The position numbers and the translations under genes were made by a program. A stretch of 64,000 nucleotides of DNA, taken from the IMG/VR virus record IMGVR_UViG_3300048135_000646; one strand, 5' to 3'. Below the pieces are notes generated by a model. It did not search any database, was not told where the DNA came from, and saw nothing but the letters and a program-made list of their open reading frames with translations. Positions 39,108 through 49,039 of this stretch are shown piece after piece; position 1 is the stretch's first letter; each line of letters starts with the position of its first letter. This DNA is from an uncultured virus (IMG/VR IMGVR_UViG_3300048135_000646). Taxonomy: Duplodnaviria; Heunggongvirae; Uroviricota; Caudoviricetes.

Positions 39108-39829
39108 TAACTAACCAAAATTACATAGAGTCCAATATAACTACAGATAATGGTAAAAAACTACCTTTTCTGTGGACACATGGTGCAACTAACAGTCATT
39201 TGGGTGATGGGATTGTTGTTTACTCCATGATACAACACATGAGATATAAAAATTGTGTTTGTATTGGAACAGGGGGTGGATATATACCGAGAATAATGAC
39301 ACAAGCAAGAATCGATCTACATAAACAAGGAATTTTTGAAGGTAACCCTACGTATAGTTGGGGTGATATCGGAACAACATATGTTGTTGATCCTTGTAAT
39401 GGTGTTGGTGGTGATAGTAATATATGTGATATGGAAGGTTTTTATCAGAAGACCTTCTTCCCAAGATTCATAAAGGAGACATCAGAAAAAGCGTATTATG
39501 ATTTTTTTGTTAGAGAAGATATTATGATTGACTTACTTTTTATTGATGGTGACCATTCGTACGAAGGTGTGAAGAAAGATTTTGATTTGTATTCAAAAAG
39601 GTTAAACCCCAACGGTTTAATAATGGTACACGATAGTGATTCTTCATATTCCGAAACTTTAATTATATCTGAAGATTCTAAAAAAGATTTCTTCCCCTTC
39701 GATGGTCCTTCCAAGTTAGTAGAAGAGTTAAAAAATAACGATGAGTGGGTAGTAATGGATTTATTTAATTTCGGAAACATAAAAGATAAACCCTCCTCAA
39801 CAGGAATAACAATAATTAAGAGAAAATGA
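39104..39829 (+). CDS. class I SAM-dependent methyltransferase (Methyltransf_24-like)
   Basis: CIGTGGG, LLFIDGDHSYEGVKKDF, GLIMVHD. Confidence 0.85.
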   Translation: MITNQNYIESNITTDNGKKLPFLWTHGATNSHLGDGIVVYSMIQHMRYKNCVCIGTGGGYIPRIMTQARIDLHKQGIFEGNPTYSWGDIGTTYVVDPCNGVGGDSNICDMEGFYQKTFFPRFIKETSEKAYYDFFVREDIMIDLLFIDGDHSYEGVKKDFDLYSKRLNPNGLIMVHDSDSSYSETLIISEDSKKDFFPFDGPSKLVEELKNNDEWVVMDLFNFGNIKDKPSSTGITIIKRK

Positions 39830-40680
39830 TAAGATTATTATGTGTTTTGGGTCATGGACATGAGTTATTACCCCATTTTATTGAACATTATAGTAAACAT
39901 GTGGACGAATTACAATTTGTTATATATGAATCCGAAGCATCATCAAGAATACTAAGTAGGTCAAAACCAATAATTGAAAAATACGATAATTGTAAAATAG
40001 TAAAGGTGGTGAGAGATCGTGTTTTCGATTGGGAAAAAGTAACCATTCTCTATAATATGATTAAATCAAAGAAAAAGAATGATTGGTGGGTTATTGCAGA
40101 TATAGATGAATTCCACGTATATCCTTACAGTAATTTACGTGATATGATTAAAGAATGTGATGAAAATTTATGGTCGGTAGTTAGAGGTGGTTTTATAGAT
40201 AGGGTCGGACCTAAAGGTGAGTTCCCTAAATTAGAAAGTTCGACACCCATATTTGAACAATTTCCATACGCAGGTTTTTTTAGGTATCCTATGAGTAATG
40301 CATGTCCCAACAAGATATGTGTGGTAAAAGGTAATATTGAAATAACTAATGGTCAACATTATGCGAACATTGATGGTCATACCACTTGGAGGTGGCAAGG
40401 ATGGACACATCCAATGATTGCCCCATATAAAGAACATTCCGTACAAGTACATCATTTTAAATGGGATGAAACCTGTAAGAGTCGTATTAAAAAAGTGGTA
40501 GATGTTAACGAACCGTACGCATATTCTAAAGAATATTTAAAACTTTACGATGAATTGAGAAAAACGAACTTCATAGTTAATCTTAAAAATAAAGATTACC
40601 TATTTTTAAAGTCAAGTAAACCAATCTACAGTTCATATAAACATTGGGATAAATTAATAAGAAAAATAATAAGTATATAA
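39826..40680 (+). CDS. glycosyltransferase (GT2_4/GT92-like)
   Basis: LPHFIEHY, WVIADIDEF, VHHFKW. Confidence 0.75.
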   Translation: MIRLLCVLGHGHELLPHFIEHYSKHVDELQFVIYESEASSRILSRSKPIIEKYDNCKIVKVVRDRVFDWEKVTILYNMIKSKKKNDWWVIADIDEFHVYPYSNLRDMIKECDENLWSVVRGGFIDRVGPKGEFPKLESSTPIFEQFPYAGFFRYPMSNACPNKICVVKGNIEITNGQHYANIDGHTTWRWQGWTHPMIAPYKEHSVQVHHFKWDETCKSRIKKVVDVNEPYAYSKEYLKLYDELRKTNFIVNLKNKDYLFLKSSKPIYSSYKHWDKLIRKIISI

Positions 40681-40682
40681 TT

Positions 40683-40907
40683 ATGGCAAAAAAAACAACA
40701 GATGAAATTTCTCCTATGGAGCAGGAGATCCTACTACTCGAAAAGAAAAAAGTGAAGGCATTGGAGAGAATTGCAAACTCAGTGGATGCATTAACTATTT
40801 GGTTTGAGGAAATAGATAAAAAATCGTGGGATGAAAGAATACAATTTTATTTACATGAGTGGCATAAAAATACCATAGGAGATAATGAGTCAAAAGACGA
40901 ATCATAA
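40683..40907 (+). CDS. hypothetical protein
   Basis: ORF track. Confidence 0.65.
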   Translation: MAKKTTDEISPMEQEILLLEKKKVKALERIANSVDALTIWFEEIDKKSWDERIQFYLHEWHKNTIGDNESKDES

Positions 40908-42303
40908 ATTAGGTGTCATTGTTCCGTATAGGGATAGGTATGATCATTTAGTATCTTTCAAAACATCTATATCTAAAGTGTTAGATAAATCGAATATCGA
41001 TTACGTTTTGATAGTTATTGAACAAGATGATGCAAAACTTTTTAATCGAGGTAAACTCCTTAATGTCGGATTTAAAAGAGCACTTAAAGAAAAATGTGAT
41101 TATGTCGTATTTCATGATGTTGATATGTTACCTATTGAGGTGGACTATTCCTACTCAAGTGTACCCGTACATTTAGCCACTAATTTCATAAGTGACGATT
41201 CTTCATTTGAAAGGGATGTGTTTGATTCATATTTTGGTGGTGTAACAATGTTCCCTATTGAGGATTTCCAAATTATAAATGGTTATTCAAATGTATATTG
41301 GGGATGGGGGTTCGAGGATGATGATTTATTCAGTAGATGTATTGGTAAGGGAATACCCTATGACACCAAGGTTATTGATGTGAAGGGTGGAACCGGTGTT
41401 TCGTTAAAATTTAATGGTACCACATCATATGTTAAATCTAAATTTAAAGGAGACTTATCAGAGCAAACTACTTTTTTAATAACCATTAACAATGATAATA
41501 TTGTGTGTGACGTTGACGAACCATACGATCGATACACAGTATTTTCAATACCAACCTTAGACCTTTCAATTAGTTATGATTCCTTTAGAAGGTTTAAAGT
41601 TCTTTTTAAAGAGGGTAGTGAATGGGTATATATTGATAGTAAGTTAATACAACCACAAAAAACAACACTATTGGTTACAATCGATAACCACAGGAAACAA
41701 GTTAAATTTTATCAAGACGGTGAAATGGTGGGTGAAACTAAATTCAAAAAAGGTTTTAGAGAGACTACAGGTAGTCCCTTATATATAGGTTCTAAAAATG
41801 GTAAAACAGAATTTTTTAAAGGTGGTATCTCACAGGTTGCAATATTCAATAAGATTCTTACCCAAAAAGAGATTGAAGAAGTGTCTAAAAATGATGTTTT
41901 TAGTTTAACAATGCCATTTGGTGATTATCACTCAGATGGTGAACTGACACAATACTACGACATGAAACAAATAAGAGAATATCGTTTAGTGGATTTATGT
42001 GGTGAGGGTGAAAGTTCTGAGATTGTTGACTGTGAAGTAGTCAAAAATGAATATCAAACAGAAAAAATATTAAACCTACCATTTAGAAGAAGATCTGTTT
42101 TTAAATCTTTACCGCACCAAGTTTCCGGTTATCAAAATGGTGGTTGGTCTGACGTTAATATTAGGTATAATCAATTAAGATTTCATAATGAAGTTGAAAG
42201 GGGTTATAGAGATCCTGATGAGGATGGTCTTTCTAATTGTGATTATAATATTTGGTCAGACGAAAAAGTTGCTAAACAAATACATTTAAACGTTTCAATA
42301 TGA
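40885..42303 (+). CDS. GT7 (beta-1,4-galactosyltransferase-like) enzyme with inserted LamG/ConA-like domain
   Basis: VPYRDR, FNRGKLLN, FHDVD, YFGGV, WGWGFEDDD; LKFNG...YIGS...FKGGISQVAIFN; C-terminal LPH...RF...DGL. Confidence 0.85.
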   Translation: MSQKTNHKLGVIVPYRDRYDHLVSFKTSISKVLDKSNIDYVLIVIEQDDAKLFNRGKLLNVGFKRALKEKCDYVVFHDVDMLPIEVDYSYSSVPVHLATNFISDDSSFERDVFDSYFGGVTMFPIEDFQIINGYSNVYWGWGFEDDDLFSRCIGKGIPYDTKVIDVKGGTGVSLKFNGTTSYVKSKFKGDLSEQTTFLITINNDNIVCDVDEPYDRYTVFSIPTLDLSISYDSFRRFKVLFKEGSEWVYIDSKLIQPQKTTLLVTIDNHRKQVKFYQDGEMVGETKFKKGFRETTGSPLYIGSKNGKTEFFKGGISQVAIFNKILTQKEIEEVSKNDVFSLTMPFGDYHSDGELTQYYDMKQIREYRLVDLCGEGESSEIVDCEVVKNEYQTEKILNLPFRRRSVFKSLPHQVSGYQNGGWSDVNIRYNQLRFHNEVERGYRDPDEDGLSNCDYNIWSDEKVAKQIHLNVSI

Positions 42304-43691
42304 CGCATAAATTAGGTATATGTATACCTTATAGAAATAGGGAAGAACATTTAAATAAATTGGTTTCTACATTGGGTCCATTTTTAGAAAAAAAAGGAAT
42401 CGATTATGGGTTTTATGTTGGACACCAAGTTGATGATAAGTTATTTAACAGAGGTGCAATGAAAAACATCGCGGCTATTGAGGCATTCAAAGATGGATGT
42501 GATTATATCGCATGGCACGATGTTGACATGTTACCAGAGGGTGACGATTGTGACTATTCTTACCCTGAAACCAATCCAATTCATATAGCAACTAAATTAT
42601 CAAAGTATTCATATTCAATGGGATATGAACAATATTTTGGTGGGGTAGTACTATTCAATAAAGAGCAAGTTCAAAGAACTAACGGATACTCTAATGACTA
42701 TTGGGATTGGGGTCAAGAGGACGATGATTTACTATGGAGATGTAAGTTTGAAGGTTATGTAAACGAAAGAACTTCTCACCAATACGAAAATAAACGAGTT
42801 GGTAAGTTTAATGGTGTTGATTCGTCAATCCGAACACCTATGAACAGAGAAATAAATAGTTGTTTACATAACGACCACACAATTTCAATATTAGTTAAGT
42901 CTGAACAACAAACTAAGAAAGTACCTATTTGGCTAGTGGGTGATGAAAAACGACAGTTTATTGAATACCCAATCTTAAGAAAAGAGAATAGTTGGACATG
43001 GGGTTTATCATTCAATAACTCAAGAGCGTATAGTTCTTTATATCATGATAGAGGTTCTAACCCATTATATCATTGGATGAAAAGAAGTGAGGATGAATGG
43101 TCATGGGTTACAACATCATATGATTCAGATAAAAAGGAATTATACATGTTTATGAATAATCAAATGGTCTCTAATGACGGTGATATTCTAACAAATAAAC
43201 CAATTAGATTGGATGGTAGATTAAAATCCCATACATCAACATCACCATTCATATTAGGATCATGTCAACACACTGGTAATAATTTTAAAGGTGAGATAGG
43301 TGGTTTTAGAGTCTATGATAGATACTTCGACAATTTTGAAGAATGTTATGAAAATACGGACGATCTTATCTACGAATATACCTTTGAAGATAATGATGGT
43401 GTTGACATAAAAAATGTTGAATTTGAGAATAAAGACATCAAAGTTAATTTAACAATGTTACCACACAGGAGAGATGGTAGTTTCTATTGTCTACCACACA
43501 CTGATGAAGGGTTTGTTAATGGTAAATGGGCTAAAGGTGAATCAACCGCAAGAAATGAAAAGAGATTTGTCACTGAAATGCAACAAAATAAAATTGATTA
43601 CAAAAGTGACGGAATAAATAACATTAAGTACGAAACGGTTGAGGTTATTAATCATTCAGAAAAATGTAAACTATATAATGTAAAATTATGA
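42300..43691 (+). CDS. second GT7-like enzyme with inserted LamG-like domain
   Basis: IPYRNR, FNRG, WHDVD, YFGGV, WDWGQEDDD; FNG...FKGEIGGFRVYD; LPH...RF...DGI. Confidence 0.85.
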   Translation: MTHKLGICIPYRNREEHLNKLVSTLGPFLEKKGIDYGFYVGHQVDDKLFNRGAMKNIAAIEAFKDGCDYIAWHDVDMLPEGDDCDYSYPETNPIHIATKLSKYSYSMGYEQYFGGVVLFNKEQVQRTNGYSNDYWDWGQEDDDLLWRCKFEGYVNERTSHQYENKRVGKFNGVDSSIRTPMNREINSCLHNDHTISILVKSEQQTKKVPIWLVGDEKRQFIEYPILRKENSWTWGLSFNNSRAYSSLYHDRGSNPLYHWMKRSEDEWSWVTTSYDSDKKELYMFMNNQMVSNDGDILTNKPIRLDGRLKSHTSTSPFILGSCQHTGNNFKGEIGGFRVYDRYFDNFEECYENTDDLIYEYTFEDNDGVDIKNVEFENKDIKVNLTMLPHRRDGSFYCLPHTDEGFVNGKWAKGESTARNEKRFVTEMQQNKIDYKSDGINNIKYETVEVINHSEKCKLYNVKL

Positions 43692-45064
43692 GTGAATTAC
43701 TATCCAACATAAAGAAACAACTAGACCAAAAGGGTAGGGGGTTTTGTGCCGCTAAGTGGACACAAGTAACTATACATTTAGGTACGGGGTTAACACACTC
43801 ATGTCACCACCCTAACCCACATAAAATTGGGTTGGCCGAATTAAGGAATAACCCATCGGCACTACACAACACACAACACAAAAAGAGGGCCCGTAAACAA
43901 ATGTTGGAAGGTGAAAGACCTAGTGAGTGTGATTATTGTTGGAAGATCGAAGACAACTCAAACTCATTCTCAGATAGAGTATTTAAATCTTCGGAATCAT
44001 GGTCGGCACCATATATAGAAGAGATTAAAGAATACGGATGGAGAGGTAATTATAATCCAAAATATGTTGAAGTTTCTTTCTCAAACGTATGTAATTTTAA
44101 ATGTGCCTATTGTGGACCACAATTCTCATCGAAATGGGTAAATGAGATAAATAAGAATGGTGCTTATAAATTATCGTATGATTATAATGATACGGAACAT
44201 CTAAAAAAGAAAAATGAAATGCCAATTCATCATAATGATTTTAATCCATATGTTGAGGCGTTTTGGAAGTGGTTTCCTGATTTGTATCCTGACCTACATA
44301 CATTCAGAGTTACAGGTGGAGAACCACTACTATCATCAGATACTTTTAAGTTATTGGATTATATACAAAATAACCACGAAGTAAATCCTAATTTATCGTT
44401 AGCAATAAACACAAATTTAGGTGTAAGTGACGATATCATTGATAGGTTTGTCAATATCATAGAAGATTTAACAGAAAACAATAAAGTAAAGGAGTTTATT
44501 GTTTTTACATCAATCGAAGCGACCAAGTCACAAGCAGAATATCTGAGGTATGGGTTAGATACTAGTAAATTTTGGACTAATGTTGAGAAAATACTTAGTA
44601 AGTTACCAAAAGTAACTATTAATATAATGTCAACATACAACGCATTGTCTGTATTCACATATGACGATTTAATTGATAGGGTATTTGATCTGAAAAGGAA
44701 ATACCAAAATAATGAAAGGTATTGGGTGTCTGCGATACAATTAGACACTTCATACATACGACACCCTAAACACTTGTCAGTTAAAATTTTAGAGGACGAT
44801 CATAAAGAATTGATTTTACAATCAGCTAAAAAAATGTTATATTATGGTATGAAGGAATTCACACATGATAACTATGGGTTTTCTACTGTAGAAATACAAA
44901 AATTAAAACGAACATATGATTACGCAATTAGTACGGACGACTTCGACGTAGAAACCAACAGGAAGGACTTTGTTAAATTCGTTGATCAGTACGATAAAAG
45001 ACGAAAATTAAATTTTTTGGATACATTTCCACAACTAAAAGAGTTCTATGTTAAAAATCAATAA
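43688..45064 (+). CDS. radical SAM enzyme with N-terminal twitch/SPASM-like Cys domain
   Basis: FCAAKW...SCHH...ECDYCW; CNFKCAYC; TGGEP. Confidence 0.88.
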   Translation: MSELLSNIKKQLDQKGRGFCAAKWTQVTIHLGTGLTHSCHHPNPHKIGLAELRNNPSALHNTQHKKRARKQMLEGERPSECDYCWKIEDNSNSFSDRVFKSSESWSAPYIEEIKEYGWRGNYNPKYVEVSFSNVCNFKCAYCGPQFSSKWVNEINKNGAYKLSYDYNDTEHLKKKNEMPIHHNDFNPYVEAFWKWFPDLYPDLHTFRVTGGEPLLSSDTFKLLDYIQNNHEVNPNLSLAINTNLGVSDDIIDRFVNIIEDLTENNKVKEFIVFTSIEATKSQAEYLRYGLDTSKFWTNVEKILSKLPKVTINIMSTYNALSVFTYDDLIDRVFDLKRKYQNNERYWVSAIQLDTSYIRHPKHLSVKILEDDHKELILQSAKKMLYYGMKEFTHDNYGFSTVEIQKLKRTYDYAISTDDFDVETNRKDFVKFVDQYDKRRKLNFLDTFPQLKEFYVKNQ

Positions 45065-45632
45065 AGGGGAACCTTGGATATTCTGGCCTAATAGTATTTG
45101 TGAAACATTTCCTGAAGATGCGGGAAACAAAATACTGTCCAATAAATTAAACTACACCTTAGAAATTGATTTTGTATTAACAGATGAGAGTGATTTGGAG
45201 AAAACTCTATTCGCATTAGTACCAAGGTATATGGGTTTAAATATTAATCCTACTAATATTTCATTTACAATTACTTTTCAAGATGATGTGGAATATTTTA
45301 CTCTAGAACATATAGTGAACCCTAATCAACTAACCAATATTAAATTAAATCACATTTATCAAGATAGGTTTGAGTTGTTTTTAAATGGTGAAGTAATATT
45401 AAATGTTGATTTGAGTGAAAGGGAATTAGGGTTAGACAACTCACCTCACATAATTTTTGGTGCAGGTAACTTCCCTAAGAATAAAACGAATACAAATTAT
45501 ACTGAATTTGAGTTTCATAAGTTTAAATTGATAACGGATGGTAGATTAATATCTGAACATACATTTGAAGAATTTATACATAACAAATCAGTAGATATTT
45601 CAGGGAATTGTAATTTCCTACATAAAATTTAA
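45048..45632 (+). CDS. stand-alone LamG/ConA-like domain protein
   Basis: ELFLNGE, IIFGAG, DISGN. Confidence 0.55.
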   Translation: MLKINKGEPWIFWPNSICETFPEDAGNKILSNKLNYTLEIDFVLTDESDLEKTLFALVPRYMGLNINPTNISFTITFQDDVEYFTLEHIVNPNQLTNIKLNHIYQDRFELFLNGEVILNVDLSERELGLDNSPHIIFGAGNFPKNKTNTNYTEFEFHKFKLITDGRLISEHTFEEFIHNKSVDISGNCNFLHKI

Positions 45633-45649
45633 AATTATAATATAAAACA

Positions 45650-47218
45650 ATGAGTATAGATGCAAGAAAACCCGGTGAAACATTTCTCGAATATCGAGAT
45701 CGGGTAATTAACAAAATTTCACCTTCATTTTGTGGAGCTAAATGGTATAACGCAACGATATGGTTAGGTAATGGTGCAACAACAAGTTGTCATCACCCAC
45801 CGTCACATAAGATACCACTAACAGATCTTGAAAAATCGTATAAGGCAATCCATAATACCACATATAAGAAGGCGGTACGTAAACAAATGTTGGAGGGTGT
45901 ACGTCCAAAAGAATGTGATTACTGTTGGAGAATAGAGGATTTGGGGAAAGATATGATTTCTGATAGAACACATAAATCTGTCATTTATACTGATAAAGAA
46001 TTGAATGACGCCAAGGAAAAGTTAGGTGCAAGTGAAGATGTTGATTTAAGGACTTTAGAAATTTCGTTTGATCCTGTATGTAACTTTGCATGTTCCTATT
46101 GTAACTCATCGTTTTCCACAACATGGCAAAAAGACATTAATAAGAATGGTCCCTACCAAAATTTAGTAAGTGATGGTGCAGGTGCATTCCAACATAATGG
46201 TGACCATGCAATGCCTTATGGAAAGTTAAATTTAAAAAACCCTTATGTCGATGCATTTTGGAAATGGTGGGAAGGGGAATTACAACACTCATTACGAGAG
46301 TTAAGAGTTACAGGTGGTGAACCATCAATGTCCCGTAATTTTTGGAAATTAATGAAGTGGTGGGAAACAAACCAAAACTCAGAAATCGATTTTGCAATAA
46401 ATTCTAACTTGGGTATAAGTGATAAAATAATGGACGCACTTATTAAGTATAGTCACAATGTTAAATCATTTCACATTTATACAAGTTGTGAGGCGTATGG
46501 GACTCATGCAGAATATATTAGAGACGGATTAGATTGGAGGAAGTGGTTAAAAAATGTAGATAGAATATTAGATGAGGGAAACATTAAATCACTTAATATG
46601 ATGTTAACAATAAACTCATTATGTCTTTTTAGTTTACCTGAATTTATGGATGAGATGATGAGAATTAAAAGAAGACATAAATCCTCATCACCTGTATGTT
46701 CTTTTAACATTCTAAGATTCCCGTCATTCCAATCAATTGTAACATTACCAATGCAAATGAGATTAGAAAGGGCGGACGCACTCGAAAAATGGATCGAGGA
46801 TAATTACACAGACGGTTCTAACTATTTTATGGATTGGGAGCGTGATGGTATGGTCCGTTTAATCAACTATCTAAGAAACACTGAGGAAGGTCATGACCAT
46901 ACATCATCTATAGAGACTAGAGAACGGGATTTTAAATCATTCTACAAACAATATGATAAACGTAGGGGTAAAAATTTCTTAGAAACGTTCCCTATGTTAA
47001 AAAAGTGGTGGGATTTGATACCTGACACAAATATCAAAGAATTGGAAACAACATTAAATGGTGATGATACTAAACATAATAAATATGTTAATGAAGTACT
47101 CACCATTGCTAAGGAAGAAGGTTGGGTTTTAGAACCACAGATGGCTAATCCTGGTGCACAAGATTATGTTGAATCCCCTGAGGAGATAAACATACTTGAC
47201 TACATTAAAAAATTATAA
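45650..47218 (+). CDS. second radical SAM enzyme with N-terminal twitch-like domain
   Basis: FCGAKW...SCHH...ECDYCW; CNFACSYC; TGGEP. Confidence 0.88.
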   Translation: MSIDARKPGETFLEYRDRVINKISPSFCGAKWYNATIWLGNGATTSCHHPPSHKIPLTDLEKSYKAIHNTTYKKAVRKQMLEGVRPKECDYCWRIEDLGKDMISDRTHKSVIYTDKELNDAKEKLGASEDVDLRTLEISFDPVCNFACSYCNSSFSTTWQKDINKNGPYQNLVSDGAGAFQHNGDHAMPYGKLNLKNPYVDAFWKWWEGELQHSLRELRVTGGEPSMSRNFWKLMKWWETNQNSEIDFAINSNLGISDKIMDALIKYSHNVKSFHIYTSCEAYGTHAEYIRDGLDWRKWLKNVDRILDEGNIKSLNMMLTINSLCLFSLPEFMDEMMRIKRRHKSSSPVCSFNILRFPSFQSIVTLPMQMRLERADALEKWIEDNYTDGSNYFMDWERDGMVRLINYLRNTEEGHDHTSSIETRERDFKSFYKQYDKRRGKNFLETFPMLKKWWDLIPDTNIKELETTLNGDDTKHNKYVNEVLTIAKEEGWVLEPQMANPGAQDYVESPEEINILDYIKKL

Positions 47219-47247
47219 GATTTATATTTATAATAAAAACTCTAAGA

Positions 47248-48042
47248 ATGGTTGAGGGGAAAAAAGTATTATTAGCAAGTGGGTGTAGTTTCACATTTGA
47301 AGATTGGAATTGGCCGGGACATTTGGCACAAAAATTAAATTTAAATGTGATGAACAAAGGAATGGCATCACAAGGTAATGGACTAATTTCTCGTAAGGTT
47401 ATTTCAGGATTAGATGAGTTACTTAAAACATATAAGAAAGAAGAAATATTAGTTGGTATAATGTGGTCGGGAGTTAATAGACACGAGTATTATACTGAAG
47501 ACACAGAAGATGTCAAAACATGGGGATTTTTTAGTAAAGATGATAATAGTATAAAAAATCCAACCGATGTTATTGATGGTAAGTTTAATTGGAGAATATT
47601 AAACATTAATTGGGAAAGTAAAGAAGTTAAATCATACTATGAAATCTTTCATAATGAAATATCATCCATGGTCTTTACTATCGAACACATATTAAGAATT
47701 CAGTGGTACTTAGACAGTTTGGGTATTGATTATTTTATGTCAACTTATATGGATATATTTAAATGGGGACACTTAAAATATCACCCTGAAATAGTACCTC
47801 TTTTCTCTAAGGTAAATTTCGATAAATTTCTACCTATTGACGGTTGCATGGAATGGGTTCAAAATAACTATGATGAGTTAGGGATGCCAATGTCATTTGA
47901 CAAGGATGGTAATCGAGGTGTGCACCCTACATCCTATGGTCATGAAAAATTTGCTGAAGAGGTAATTATACCTCATTTGAGTTCGAATAACATAAAAACT
48001 AAAAATTCGGATAACATAAAAACTAAACGAAAATTAATTTAA
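47248..48042 (+). CDS. SGNH/GDSL-like hydrolase or acyltransferase
   Basis: GCSFT, GMASQGN, HPTSYGH. Confidence 0.7.
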   Translation: MVEGKKVLLASGCSFTFEDWNWPGHLAQKLNLNVMNKGMASQGNGLISRKVISGLDELLKTYKKEEILVGIMWSGVNRHEYYTEDTEDVKTWGFFSKDDNSIKNPTDVIDGKFNWRILNINWESKEVKSYYEIFHNEISSMVFTIEHILRIQWYLDSLGIDYFMSTYMDIFKWGHLKYHPEIVPLFSKVNFDKFLPIDGCMEWVQNNYDELGMPMSFDKDGNRGVHPTSYGHEKFAEEVIIPHLSSNNIKTKNSDNIKTKRKLI

Positions 48043-48045
48043 TTT

Positions 48046-49038
48046 ATGGTAATAAATGAATTAGTTTATATCCACGGTTATAATCACCAACCCGAATTAA
48101 GTTTTTTAAAATTCCCCAACCAAACGAAAACAATCGAACATTGTGAAACGGTTGTTGTATCACCATATGGGTTTGATGTTGATTTATATAAAAGAGACTT
48201 AATGGGTTTTCTTAATGATGGTCGTAAATTGATAATAGATGCATCTACGGAAATTATTGGTAAATTAACTATTGATTTTGTTTTAGATCTTGAGGATTCA
48301 TCTTTAATTACCGTATATGCAAACACCTATGAATTAGAATTTGAAAACGATATTAATTCAATTAGAACGAAAGGTGGTAACGTGGTTTTTTTACCATTTT
48401 TTATAAAATATATGGATCAATACAAACCTATGTATTCAGATAAAGATATTAAACATAAAGACTATTTGTTTCTAAGTGGAAAAAGTAAACCACTAAGAAC
48501 TTCTATGGTTGGTTTGCTGTCTCACCACAATTTAATTGGTAATGGACATGTTAGTTTTTTTGGTGATGGAGTTACGAATAATAAGGGTAATTTCTTTTAT
48601 GATAAAACATCGGATTACCTCAATGAGGTTGGTATTACTGAAAGTCAAAAAATAAAGATTAAAGACGGGTTATCAAAACTCCCAAAAAAATTGGTTTTAG
48701 ATGTCAATAATCTTACACATGGGATTTCACACACACGTTATTATAACGGTGATTATTATAAAGTCGTTGACTTTGTAATAGTAGTTGAAAGTGATGTGTC
48801 AGAAGGTTTACATTTTATAACAGAAAAAACAATGAAATGCATCCAACAAGATAAGAAGTTCATATTACTCTCAAGTAAGGGGTCGCTGACAAACCTTAAA
48901 CATGAAGTAAAAGAACACCTGAATCTTGATATCACTCACCTAACAGATTGGTGTGACACATCCTACGATGAAATTGGTGATATATGGAAACGGTTGGATA
49001 AAATAATTAATATTATCGAGGATAAAATACTAAATTAA
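48046..49038 (+). CDS. hypothetical protein, possible GT-B (GT10-like) glycosyltransferase
   Basis: C-terminal VVES...FITEKT..C, DTSYD. Confidence 0.5.
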   Translation: MVINELVYIHGYNHQPELSFLKFPNQTKTIEHCETVVVSPYGFDVDLYKRDLMGFLNDGRKLIIDASTEIIGKLTIDFVLDLEDSSLITVYANTYELEFENDINSIRTKGGNVVFLPFFIKYMDQYKPMYSDKDIKHKDYLFLSGKSKPLRTSMVGLLSHHNLIGNGHVSFFGDGVTNNKGNFFYDKTSDYLNEVGITESQKIKIKDGLSKLPKKLVLDVNNLTHGISHTRYYNGDYYKVVDFVIVVESDVSEGLHFITEKTMKCIQQDKKFILLSSKGSLTNLKHEVKEHLNLDITHLTDWCDTSYDEIGDIWKRLDKIINIIEDKILN

Positions 49039-49039
49039 A

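Noticed and set aside
47196..47228. TTGACT...TATATT promoter
   Set aside because: Spacer is 21 nt rather than 17; the site is better explained by TATTTATA at 47225
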